The notes beneath the pieces are model-generated. The model did no database searches. It saw only the letters and a list, made by a program, of their open reading frames with translations, and had not been told where the DNA came from. From Selaginella moellendorffii (lineage: Eukaryota; Plantae; Lycopodiophyta): a stretch of 64,000 bases of DNA. Where the stretch lies: positions 308,586-372,585 of the forward strand of contig NW_003314320.1 in the NCBI RefSeq assembly GCF_000143415.4. The letters run 5' to 3'. Below, in pieces: positions 46,144 through 57,782 of this stretch; position 1 is the first letter of the stretch; each line of letters starts with the position of its first letter. Both the position numbers and the translations under genes were made by a program.

Positions 46144-49100
46144 CACATCCTAGAAAAGAAGAATGTGAAAGCAAAGGGAGAAAAAAAAATGAAGAAAAAA
46201 ACAAGAAAGTGAAAAGAGAAAAGTTTTCACCATATGTAACAGTAATAATGGAAAACATATTAACATATTTATAAAGAATCTAGTGATTGAGTGAAGTAGT
46301 TTTGACTATAAAAAAATACTGTAGTCATTAGAAGTCATAATATGGTGATAGATTGATCGCTCTAATAAGTTGGTGATAGTGCTCGAAACTAGTGAGGAAA
46401 GCCAACCTCAATTTAGGGTTTATGGTTTAAGGTTTAGGGCCATGGTTGGATCTTTATGTGTTAGAACTCACCCTCCACAAAGGTTAGAAGCTACTACTTC
46501 TTCATGGAAACATGTGTGAAAGTTATACAAGAATAAAATAAAGATCTTTTGGCCCATATTATAAAAAACTAGAGAGAAAAGTCAAACCTTAAAAAATAAA
46601 TTTCTAAACTCTTTTTTTATTAGGGAAATACCTATCAATTATCTTGCAACCATCATCAACATATAGTTCATTTGCTAAATGGTCTTGGAGGAATATTCTA
46701 TCTAAGCTCTAGGGTTTAGGTTCATTATTTGAGATGCTGTAAAATCTAAATTCCAAATTCTAGGGTTTATAAGGTAAGTCCTGGTATATAATACAGTCTT
46801 TAATATAATTTTATTATTTTTAAAAGTAATATGAGTTATGGTAAACAAAAGTCCTAAATTGATATCAAGAACATTGCTAGAAGCTAGTGCCCTAGAAAAA
46901 AAGCATTGCCATGGCAATGTTATGCATCAACACATGCACCCAACAAACCCTAAGAAATGAGGGTTAAATGTTTAGAAGTGTTGCTTTTATATGGTCTGTT
47001 GCAACTAAAATTATACCTTCATTTAAACCAATCAATCAATGTGAAGTTTTAAATAAAGTCTTTATACAGGAATATTTAGAGGCTATAAGGCTTGTTACCT
47101 TAGTTTTTTATATTATAACTAATATATATATATACATAAAAAATTGTGTTCTATATGAGTTTTATATTCTAGCATATGAGTTTTCATATTTATAAATTCC
47201 AATGAGTTCATGGTGTTTAGCTTAAGAGAGAAGAGAGCAAGTTTTTTGCTGAAGATTAGATCAAGGCATAATTATGGTCATATGAATGTCATAACTATGG
47301 TATAACTAGGTCATATCTATACATAACTAGTATATCCATAGACATGACCAATTGAGAACTATCCATTAGCTAGTTTGTCCCTTGTACTCTAAAGAGCTAT
47401 TCCTCATTCATAGGACCATATATGCCCAAGGTTGGGTTATGCCTCAAAAATATTATAGCTGAAATATCTCTACCTTGGATACATATGCTTAGAATATGCT
47501 CTGATCTTTAATTACCAATCTCTAGCAAAACTTTATATGCTCCTTAAATAAACAAGAACTTAGTTAATAAGGTTTGGGTTTTAGGATTTAAATATTTCAA
47601 TTTAAACCCTAAACCGTAGCCTATAATACTAGAAACCCTAGTAAGAAATAGTGGCTTGTAAACTATTGCTAAAGTTGGTTTTGTTTTAGCCTTACATGTT
47701 GTGTAAGTTGGATTTTTGAGGTTAGAAGATAGAGAAGGGTCAGCCTATCCACTCAATTTACCAAAAAAACAAACATGTATGTACATTCCTTATGTGCTTT
47801 ATTAACTAATTACAAAAGAATTGGGCAAGATGATCAATCACTTTCAAAAAGGGTCGTGGAGTTGAACATTGCTAATGGAGCGCATCCCCTCCCTAGGTTG
47901 CTCAAATAGGGTTTAGGGTTAAAGAATTAAAATGAATGATTTTCTTGTTGTAAGTCCAAAAACTCTAAGATGTCAAGCTCCAAATGCCTAAACTTGGAAT
48001 CTCCAACTAATGAAAAACACTTGTTATCTGAGATGCACTTTTAAAATCTAGTGTACAACATAACTAAAAGAGCCTCAAAGAGAAGAAGAAATGAAGAGAA
48101 ATGTCACTCTATAGCAATTGAGCGTTTAGGGAATTGAATGGGCTTGTACATTTGATCTCTCTCCATCTTCCGGCCAAACAAGGAACTAAAGAAGAATGAT
48201 ATTTCCATTTGTGAGTCTATAAACCCATATTGTTAGTTCTTTTAGTTGTCCTTATTCTTTGGTTAAGCTAAAGACTAAAGATAGTAAATTATGTGCAATC
48301 ATAACATTTTTTGGGTTTGGAAGTGTCATTTTGTACATTCTTTTTTACATGGACAATGATTTAATGCTATTTGTGAAGTTTGATAAGCTTTCAGAGTTGC
48401 TTCTACTGTTTCTTTTATAGCTTAGCAAGAATAACAAGTGTTGTGCTCACCTCTATGCTCTTGTGCTATAACCACAATAGCCACTTCAAAACCAGCTTGC
48501 CTTCTAGATAATTCCTTGACTATTTTTTATGCCATCCATTGGAAGTATCTATTGTTTACATTCTCTAGTTTTTGTCTTACGGGTGATAAAATTTCACAAA
48601 ACTGGAATGCCTCCTTAATTTTCTTGCTGACAATTGATTTGTGCAAAAATTGATTAGAACAATAGTATCATCCAAGAGAAAGAATAATTCTAGGGCCAAG
48701 ACACAAACAAAAGAAGAAGAAGAAGCAAATAAAAGATAGAAGCAGGAGAAAGAAAGAAAAATAGGAGAAAAGAAGTGGTAATATAGATGTTAAGCTTAAT
48801 TGCAAAGAAGCTTTATGACCATGAAAAAAAAGGAAGAAAAAAGAATATGATGGTCACCTTGATTAAGAGTGAATCTTTATTGCTCCAAGGCAAAGCAAAC
48901 TGTTGGTGCAAGCTGTGATTGATCATTGCCACCACTGCTAGAGCTGATAGTCACTGTTAATTAGGAAAGAATATGAATGAGTTGCTCCTCTAATGGCATG
49001 GCATTTAACAATGAATTAAATCACATTTCAAGTGGCTACCAATAGAATGGACCTAAAATCTAGGAGGGAAGAAGAGAGATTTTCATAAACCAAATCACAT

Positions 49101-50199
49101 TCTATTGCTTTTGAAAGCAATTGATCTCTAACTCTCTTTCAACATTACTGCCTTCACCTTCCAAAAAGCTCTATCAAATGCCCTCACCTTAAATTAGACT
49201 TATCTCCCACCACTAAATGTTACTAAAATAAATTAATGGTAAATAGTTCATAGTATTTGTTATGATTTTTGGCTATAAACTATATCAATAAGCTTTAGCT
49301 TCTTGACAGTTATCTCTTTATAATGGATAAACCTTATAGACTACTTTTCGAACATAGCTCAAAATGCTTATGTATATATCAGTTTTCTTAAACTTTTCTT
49401 TGAAGAACTTATTATAAATTTAGTTATAAACTTTGATATTTTGTAGAAGCACTTCCCATATGAAAAAATCTAAGCTAGAATAGAACTTCAAAATATCCTA
49501 ACTCATCTAAGTTACATTTGTTCTTTTTGCATTTTGCATTTTCCTACATTTAACAATTAGTTTTTAGTTTTTCATTTGGCTTAAAGACTACCTAATCATT
49601 TACTTTCTCATCTATAACTTCATTCTCCATTTTTAACTACAAGTTTTTATCCTTCTTCTTTTGCTCAGGTGCAACAGCAACTTCTTACTCTTCCTTGTCA
49701 TTCTCTTTGACAATTTGGTTTTTATGCCTTTTGAAGAATTTTTTTAGCAACATTTCCTTCTTTATTTCATCATTTTTCTGGACATCTATTTGCAAATAGT
49801 GGTTAGTTTTTAGCTTATCCAAAGACAAGTAACTAATTTAATATAAAACTATATCCTTTGCATTTTTATCTTATTGCATGCAAGTTCTTTTTTGTTGTTC
49901 TTGGTCTTCTCCCTCCACCAAAATTTCTCTTTTTTTTATTCATGCTCATGTTGCACAATATAGAAGAAAAATCAAGAACTAATTTAGACAATAAGAAAAT
50001 TACCACAACATGCCAACCATGAAACCCTATCTCCGGTTGAACTGATTTCAAATCAATAGGCTGTTAAAAAGCAAAGAGAACTTAGAGCGGGGATATCCCT
50101 CATATACTCTGAGCCTAAGCAACTTTGTTTCAAAGTTCCAAGCTCTTCACAAAGTTATCCAAATCTCTCGATGTGAAATGACTCTTCTTCTCTTCACCA

Positions 50200-50660
50200 C
50201 TTTTCCACTGATTTTCCTGCCTTTGCAGCCAAGCTAGAAAGGACCTTGAGCACGAGAATTCAGACAGCGCTGCCTTGCGAGTAGCAGCATCAGCTCCAAA
50301 GTCACGTCTCCCTGGCCATTCTTGGAGTTGGCGAGCATGAGCGCTGTCCAGAGAAAATCTGCGAGAAGCGCTCCAAAGTCACTTCTCCCTGGCCGTTCTT
50401 GGAGTAGCCGTGCTTGAGAGCTGTCCAGAGAAAAACATCGTGGTGCTCCATGGCATCAAACACCCAGCGAGGCTCGTCCGATGTAGCCATACCTCACGTA
50501 CATGCTCGATTTTGTGAGGACGCTTGCATTCCTTCGTCGCTGCTGCTGGAAGCGCCATAGCCTCTCGGCCCGTGGCTCACTTTCGAGAAAGCCAGCGAAA
50601 GTGATGCGTACGTAGCCGAATCGATCTCCATGCTTTGCTCGTCGCGAGCTCTCTTGGAGC
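50200..50660 (-). pseudogene. PPR gene fragment / pseudogene
   Basis: VFDAMEHHDVFLWTALKHGYSKNGQGE motif, frameshifted, with an internal ~75-bp tandem duplication (50292-50435). 50599-50643 is the exact reverse complement of 34531-34575. Confidence 0.8.
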
Positions 50661-51059
50661 AAATTAGTTTCAACTACTTGCCGCTTTCACAGGATCGACT
50701 CGATTCATATCCGCGATGAAGTCCAGCTCGCGATTGGGAAACCATAGTTTTCGACTTGGCCTGGACAAGAGACAGGAAAATAAGAAAGAGAAAAGGAATC
50801 TACAAAAACGTTTGCGCTGTTCTTCCAAGATTCTGCAATGACTAGACTTCATTAGCACCTTCGCTGCCGGAAATGAGACTATGAGACTCCATTCCAAGTT
50901 CCCCGGACTTTTTTTCCCTGCCGGTGATGCTGAGCTGGAAGACAGTTCCAAAGTATCTCAAAGAACACTTCAATCGCGGCATCTGGAAGGAAAATGGACC
51001 TACATATTTTAGGGTTCTTGAGAGAATGCGCTTGAGATGGCCGCGATGACCCCGATCTC

Positions 51060-53663
51060 ATGCTCTGGCGTTGCCGTCTCATCAGCAGATCATGTAAGTC
51101 GTCCTTCTTTCGGAGCTATCGCATTGGAACAAGAAATATCCAGCAGCAGCGATGCGAGCCGGAGAGTGCCAGTGCGCTTCTTGCCGGATTGAAGGCATGC
51201 GCCAGCACAGAGGAGCTCGATTTCGGGAGGAAGATGCACGATCACGCAATCCAGAGTGGGATGATCGCCGACATCTACATCGCCAGCACTCTAGTCGACA
51301 TGTACGCGAAATCTGGAAGCATGGCCGATGCTCGCAGCGTCTTCGAGCACATTTCTTCTCCGAATGTGGTGTCCTGGACGGCACTGATGCTGGGCTATGC
51401 CGAGAACGGGCAAGCTGAGGAGAGCTTGGATTTGTTCCATAGGATGGAATTTACAGGATGCTTGCCAAACTCTCGAGCTTTTGTGGCTGCTATCAAGGCC
51501 TGCTCGTTGCTCTCGGCCAAGGAGGATGGAAAGCTCGTAGATGGAAAGGTCGTCAAGGTAGAGTGTCTGGAGAAAGGCTTGGAGATCTTCTCCAGGGCAG
51601 CGAAAGCTGGCTACGACAGGGATACTTTCGTGGAGAACTGTGCCATCGACATGTTTGCCAAGTGTGGAAGCTTGAGAATGGCTCGCCAGGTTTTCGATAA
51701 GATGGTCACTCGCAGTGTTGTCTCGTGGAACGCACTGATGCTCGGGTACGCGGAGAATGGCGGTGGTGATCTAGCTCTGGAACTTTTGGACTCGATGCGA
51801 GCAGAAGGGATCTGTGAGCCAAACCGAGTTACGATCCTCGCGGCACTTAAAGCTTGCGCGAGCTTGGCGGCGAAGGAAGATGGAAGGCTGGTTGAAGGAG
51901 AGGCTGTGAAGATGAATGCCTTGGAGAAAGGCATGGCTGTTCACTCTGAGGCGCTGAAGATTGGATGCGAGCTCGATACGTTTGTCGGGAACAGTCTGGT
52001 GGATATGTATGCGAGCTGTGGAAGCATTCTGGATGCTCGAAGAGCTTTCGACAGGACAAGGTGGCAGACTGTGGTATCTTGGAACTCGTTGCTGATGGGA
52101 TACGTGGAAAACGGGAAGGCAGGATTGGGTTTGAGGCTCTTCGAGCTCATGCAGCAAGAAGCTCTGTGTTCTCCAAATCGTGTCACCTTTCTCGTTGCAC
52201 TCAAGGCTTGCGCTTGGCTTGCTGCGAACGAGGATGCCACTCAGCTCGACGGAAAGGCTGCTAAACAAGGTGTGCTGGAGAAGGGGAGCGCTATTCACTC
52301 TCAAGCTGCTTCTTATGATTACGAGACAGACAATTTCATAGCCAGCAGCTTGATCGACATGTACACGAACTGTGGAGGCCTGGCACAAGCTCAGAGCGTG
52401 TTTGACAAGCTCCCCGTTCGCTGTCTGGTCACTTGGAACGCCCTGATCCTGGGATATGTTGAAAGCGGTGAAGCCGGCTCATCTTTGGAGCTCTTCATGA
52501 GAATGCGGGAGGATGGCTGCACTCCGGACTCGGTAACTTTCATAGCAGTACTCAAGGCCTGTGCGGGAGTTGCAGCTTTGGAAGCTGGGAAATTTGTATG
52601 TGGAGAGATCTATAAAGCTGGGGTCGAAAAGGAGCACGCCGTGAGCACTGGCATCGTGGACCTTTTTGGGAAATGCGGCAACGTAGATGAAGCGGAAGAA
52701 AGCTTCGTCTCCACGGACGTGCGGAGTACCATAGCCTGGACTGCGTTGCTGGCCGGCTACAGCCGCCAAGGAAATACCAGGTACGCATTCCAGCTCTTTC
52801 AAGCGATGCAGGAAGAGAACGTACTTCCGGACGGTATAACGTTTCTTTGCCTGTTAACAGCGTGCAGCCATGCTGGTCTAGTCGAGAGAGGAAGACGCTA
52901 CTTTGAAGCCATGCGGTCCAGGTACTCGATCGAGCCTGGTATCGAGCACTACCACTGCATGATAGATACTTTGGCACGAACAAACAAGCTCAGCGAGGCG
53001 CTGGATATGGTCAAAGCCATGCCTTACAGGAAAACTCCCGTGGCCTGGATGACGCTCTTGGGGGCATGCAAGAAGTGGAAGAACTTGGAAGTTGGGAAGC
53101 TGGCCTTTGAGTCCCTGATGGAGCTGGACGACCGGGACGTCGCAGGCTACATGCTCATGGGAAGCATCTATGGAAGCTTGGGAATGTGGGAGGAGCAATC
53201 TAAGATCGAGACGATGAGAACGAGTGCTCGGGTTTTACGACGGCAGGGACAGAGCTGGTGGACAGATCCTAGAGGCGTAGTTCACAGGTTCAGTGCGGGT
53301 GATACAAGCCATTATCCTCAAGGGGAGGAGATCAAAGCTTTGCTCAAGAAAACCATGGCGAGGATCAAGAAAGAAGCCGGCTACGTCGCTCATCTCGCTA
53401 GCGTCTCCCACCACAACATTTGTGACGAGGCAAAGGAGGACGCGCTCTGTGGACACAGCGAGAAGCTGGCTCTTGCGTGTGCGCTGCTGAACACTCGTCC
53501 GGGAGGAACAGTGCGCATCATAAAGAACCTCCGGGTTTGTGATGACTGCCATCTCGTCTTCTGCGCGGTCTCCGCCATGGAAGCGAGACGTATACTCTGC
53601 AGAGATTCAAGCAGGTTTCACGTCTTTGGCGATGGCAAGTGCTCCTGTGCCAACTTCTGGTGA
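51060..53663 (+). CDS. PLS-class PPR protein with E and DYW deaminase domains (organellar RNA editing factor)
   Basis: 867-aa intronless ORF with an Arg/Ser-rich transit peptide, PG-box equivalent RRQGQSWW, GHSEKLA, KNLRVCDDCH, and terminal CSCANFW. Confidence 0.96.
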   Translation: MLWRCRLISRSCKSSFFRSYRIGTRNIQQQRCEPESASALLAGLKACASTEELDFGRKMHDHAIQSGMIADIYIASTLVDMYAKSGSMADARSVFEHISSPNVVSWTALMLGYAENGQAEESLDLFHRMEFTGCLPNSRAFVAAIKACSLLSAKEDGKLVDGKVVKVECLEKGLEIFSRAAKAGYDRDTFVENCAIDMFAKCGSLRMARQVFDKMVTRSVVSWNALMLGYAENGGGDLALELLDSMRAEGICEPNRVTILAALKACASLAAKEDGRLVEGEAVKMNALEKGMAVHSEALKIGCELDTFVGNSLVDMYASCGSILDARRAFDRTRWQTVVSWNSLLMGYVENGKAGLGLRLFELMQQEALCSPNRVTFLVALKACAWLAANEDATQLDGKAAKQGVLEKGSAIHSQAASYDYETDNFIASSLIDMYTNCGGLAQAQSVFDKLPVRCLVTWNALILGYVESGEAGSSLELFMRMREDGCTPDSVTFIAVLKACAGVAALEAGKFVCGEIYKAGVEKEHAVSTGIVDLFGKCGNVDEAEESFVSTDVRSTIAWTALLAGYSRQGNTRYAFQLFQAMQEENVLPDGITFLCLLTACSHAGLVERGRRYFEAMRSRYSIEPGIEHYHCMIDTLARTNKLSEALDMVKAMPYRKTPVAWMTLLGACKKWKNLEVGKLAFESLMELDDRDVAGYMLMGSIYGSLGMWEEQSKIETMRTSARVLRRQGQSWWTDPRGVVHRFSAGDTSHYPQGEEIKALLKKTMARIKKEAGYVAHLASVSHHNICDEAKEDALCGHSEKLALACALLNTRPGGTVRIIKNLRVCDDCHLVFCAVSAMEARRILCRDSSRFHVFGDGKCSCANFW

Positions 53664-53865
53664 TGATCAAACGAGAAAGAAGTCTAAAGGAAGTAAAGAA
53701 ATTAAAGGAAGTAACAAAGTTTAAAGGAATAGTTTGGGTACTTATGACTTAAGCTATGAAAAAGCGTTGCATACAAGCTTAAACCCGGTGTATATATTTG
53801 CGTGCTAGGTTTACCAACCACATCAAGCTTCACTTCCCTTTGGTCTGCGTGGTTTATCTATTTCC

Positions 53866-54141
53866 TTGTGCATGGTGATGGCGGCTGCTAGTGAGAAGAA
53901 TCGCAAGAGTTCCAAGGCAAAGAATGGAGTTCGCAGTGAGATCCCGCAGAGGAAGAGCCCGCGGCTGGTGGAGAGGCACAGGAAGATGCGAAGGCTGGCT
54001 GCTGCCATGAGCAAATTGTCTGTCGATGCAGCAGCAGCATCAAATCGGAAGATTATCACCATCAAATCCAGGGCTCTCAGGCAACAAAAAGAGAGAGATC
54101 TTCGCCAAAAGTTGAGACTCAGGAAGAAAATCTGTAAATAA
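53866..54141 (+). CDS. Possible small basic (Lys/Arg-rich) protein
   Basis: Short ORF with coding-like composition between two genes; no recognisable domain. Confidence 0.3.
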   Translation: MCMVMAAASEKNRKSSKAKNGVRSEIPQRKSPRLVERHRKMRRLAAAMSKLSVDAAAASNRKIITIKSRALRQQKERDLRQKLRLRKKICK

Positions 54142-54382
54142 TTTGTAAATAAATTGTCAAGATAAATTGAATTTGTCAATTTCTGGTCGAGTCAATCTTT
54201 GAATGTAAATTGTCAAAATAAATTGAATTGTCCTACAAGCTTTCAGTGGCTTGGATTAGGGCTTTCGATTATCTCTTACTTAGCATGGAAAATAAAATGG
54301 AATGGAATTGGCAAGTGTAGATGGAGATCTCTTCTTGGCTGGCGTGTTTAGGTTGGAGAGCGAATTTAGGGTTGTAGCAGCG

Positions 54383-55755
54383 ATGAAGGGCGAGACGCGC
54401 TCCTCCGGCTCCGAGGAGAGTGCCAAGGAGAACAAGGAGCAAAAGCAGATCGATTCTCAATCCAGTGCTTCCTCGGCGCCAGCGGCGGCAGCAGCGGCGG
54501 CGGCAGCGCCCGCGTCAGCTGGAGTGGCGGCGCCGGGCGGAGCCGCTGCTGGGAACAACAATGCGCGAGCTCGGCAGCCTTTTACGCAGCTGAGCCAGAT
54601 AGAATCCGATTTGGTTCTTGCGCGAACGCTCCAGGAACAAGTAAGTGGGCTTTGTCTCTTTTTTGTGATCCTCTGGGCTTCTCTGATTCTCTTTGCGATG
54701 TATGGGATTGTTCTTCTGGCCTAGGAAAGAGCTTACATGCTTTTGAGAAATGGAGGGGCTTACTATCATGGCTACGAGGATGACTCCGACGAGGATGGTG
54801 AGGAGGAGAGCGATGTTCGAGTCCAGGCTCCTGGATTAAACGCTGACAACAGGACGACCACCATGGATGGCTCCCAGTACGAAAGTGATGAGGCGTTTGC
54901 CAGGGCTTTGCAGGAGAATGAGGAGCGCGAGCACGCGGCTCGTATGATGGCGCTCGCCGGAATCCATGACTGTGAGTTTCGATTGCTTTCCACTCATCTT
55001 GTTTTGGTGCTGAGATGAGTGGGAAATGGCAGTGGGAGACGATGGTGAAGAAGAGGAGGATGAGGAAGGAGAGGAAGATGACGAAGAAGTGGATGAGGAC
55101 GATGTGGATGTACATGAAGACGACGAGGAAGATGATGAGGATGAAGACGAAGATGACGAGGAAGAAGAAGAAGAAGAGGAGGAAGAGGAGGATGGCAGTG
55201 ATGAATCACAGGTATGTAGAGCTTTTTGTTTATTTTGCGAAAAGTTAAGATTCTCGTGGCAGGAGTGGCAAGATGTTGATCCAGACCATATGTCTTACGA
55301 GGTAACATTCCCTCTTTCGTTTCATCCTGTATTCTTAAGTTTCTTTTTCCTTCCACAGGAGCTCGTGGCGCTTGGTGATGCTGTCGGAGTAGAAAGTCGA
55401 GGGCTCTCTTCGGATGCCATAGCCGAGCTTCCAGTAACATCCTACAAGCGTGGTCATACCGGAGGCAGCACCAGCAGTGACAGTGAGCAGTACGTACAAA
55501 GATTTTTGATTTCTTGAGTAACTTCTAGTCTAAACTGGGATCACTTAGGTGTGTGATTTGTCGACACGATTACGAGGAAGACGAGATGCTGTTGACATTG
55601 CCTTGCAAGCACAAGTATCACTCCGAGTGTATCCAGCAATGGCTTCAGATTAACAAGGCAAGTTGTTTCTTTTCTTTCATCCGTGTCTCTGATCCGTGAA
55701 GTTTGTTTTCCTGCAGACTTGCCCTGTTTGCAGTGCTGGAGTCACTGCCTCATAA
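54383..55755 (+). CDS. BBR: RING-H2 E3 ubiquitin ligase BIG BROTHER-related (multi-exon)
   Basis: RQPFTQLSQIESDLVLARTLQEQ|ERAYMLL, DEAFARALQ, acidic tract, VDPDHMSYE|ELVALGDAVGVESRGLS, RING CVICRHDYE...LPCKHKYHSECIQQWLQINK|TCPVC. Confidence 0.93.
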
Positions 55756-55914
55756 AGAATACAATCAGGGAAAAAAAGAATCCAATGTAAAGAACATTAC
55801 ACACAACGTGAAATTCGTCACGGTGTCTCAAAAAATGGTATGTCCTCTAAGACAAATTATTGTTCGTCCTAAGCTCCGAGTCGTCGATGTTTCTGAGTTC
55901 CAAGCAAAGTCAAG

Positions 55915-57187
55915 TCAGGGATTGGCACCGCACTCTGGAGGAACTGGTGAATAGCGCTTGGTATCAGTGCAGTAGTCGTATATGGTGTAGTTTCTCACGA
56001 TGGAGCCGAGATTATCCAGCTGACCAACGTCCAAAACACGGTACTTTTCCTCATCCCACCAGTGATTTCGATTCCCAGAGCTAAAACAAAATCCAGGATC
56101 ACCAGGAGACGAGGAGGGGTCGCAGCCATCGATGGCAAAGTCTTGGAAGGAAGCGATGAAAGGTGCGTAGTTCCAGTTGGTTTTCTCGAGGCCGCCAACT
56201 GTGGCCCATTGCTCTCCGTTCCACATACTCCCAAAGATCCGCATTGGCTGGCTAAACGCGTAGGGGACTCCGAGGTGGCTGTTGTTCCGAAAGACTCGCA
56301 CTGGAGTGTCGTCGACGAAAAATCTGCTCCAAAAAGAAGGAAAGAACCAAAGTAAGTTAAAATTTCTAGCGCTTTGCTTCCAAGAGTGAAAGAACTTCTG
56401 GCAAAAGCAAGGAAAAGATTTCTCTTACATGACTTGGTACTGGTTCCAGAGAACAGAGTACGTGTGATAATCGAGGCTTGGATCAAACCACAGTAGGATT
56501 CGCTGCTCTCTTCCACCGGTTCCATTGACATAGATGTTCGTCTGGAGCGCGTATGGCTGCCCGGATCTGTTGCCCAAGAACTCAAAGTCGAACTCGTCGC
56601 GATTCTCCGTGTGTGACGCCATCTGGACGAGTCAAATCGATCGAGAAACTGTATTAGATCCAATGTTCTTGGAAGACACTGACGGAGATCTTGGAAGAAA
56701 ACTTGATGCTTACATAGAAAGCTGTTACTGTTCCAGCCGAGTCATTGGCGACGAGCTTCATTTGCATCTTGAGATGGCCAAAGAGATAGGATCTCTTAGA
56801 TCCGAATTCGGCCCCTAGGAGATCACGCACAGATCGATCACAAAGGAAGGAAATTCATGAAATAACAGAGTTTCTCTTACCGGATTGCTTGTCGAGCAGA
56901 ATGTCCGCGAGCAGGCCGCCGTTGAGAAGCCGGACGTGATCTCCCGACCAGGAGATGTTGTAATTCTCGTCGAATGTGGCCGCATTGGAGCTCTTCTTGT
57001 GGCGGTGATTCCTGGCGGATGCTCGAGTTGCTCCAACGCTCGCTCCAATCACCACTGCTGCAGTGACAAGAAGAGCGAGAGCCGCGATGGAGAGAAGGAT
57101 TTTGGGTCGTGTGGAAGAGCAGCAGCACCTGCATTCGTCCCTGGAGAGCAGCCATTGCTTGCGAGTGTCTGCTGGATCTGTTGCCAT
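55915..57187 (-). CDS. XTH: Xyloglucan endotransglucosylase/hydrolase (GH16), 4 exons
   Basis: Catalytic [38 protein letters not shown] and [11 protein letters not shown]...PPEC. Confidence 0.96.
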
Positions 57188-57545
57188 TTGCTTTGCTTAA
57201 ACCCTACAAAATCTGCGTTTTGGTGATTTATTTTGGTTATAGTTTGAGGTTATGGAAAGAAAAACTTATTGCTTAAGTTTATCTATAATATTTACCTTTA
57301 GGAATTTCTTTTTTATATATTTTTATCAGCTATAGTTAGTTTAAATATAAATTTAATTAAATTGGTTTATTATACTTAGTTTTATCTGTTTCTCTTTTGC
57401 TATCATAAAAGATTCTATTTTAATAATTCACCAATTGAAATTATTTAATAAGAAGTACAAAGCAAAGCTTCTCAATTTGTATTATACATTTAGAAAACCA
57501 ATCCACACAAAAAACACCAATATTAATACGTACTCCAGTATTATC

Positions 57546-57782
57546 TTAACAGTTAACAACTTGACAATCATCACAAATGCATCTCTTGATATCATTGCAA
57601 GAGCCGCTCTTACAGATCTCACAATTGTTTCCTTCGTTGTTAAAGTGGCACATCTTGCAAAATGTGTGGCAGTGTGATTTAATTGCAGGGTCCTGTGGGC
57701 AGGAATAAAAATTATAACAGTCTTGAGCATTGACTGCCATTGCTAGCACCAAACATAGAATTATAACAATTCCTTTCTTCAT
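57546..57782 (-). CDS. Secreted 12-Cys defensin/macin-like peptide, copy 1
   Basis: Signal peptide MKKGIVIILCLVLAMAVNA; mature QDCYNFYSCPQDPAIKSHCHTFCKMCHFNNEGNNCEICKSGSCNDIKRCICDDCQVVNC; TATAAAA about 45 bp upstream. Confidence 0.85.
   Translation of the reverse strand: MKKGIVIILCLVLAMAVNAQDCYNFYSCPQDPAIKSHCHTFCKMCHFNNEGNNCEICKSGSCNDIKRCICDDCQVVNC

Noticed and set aside
48400-48560. Geminivirus/CRESS Rep-like motif (VVIAQEHRGEHNT on the minus strand)
   Set aside because: No true HUH, no motif I/III and no helicase; surrounded by stops.
50670-50951. Small minus-strand gene upstream of the DYW-PPR
   Set aside because: No recognisable domain; may be leader sequence of the PPR fragment. Insufficient support.
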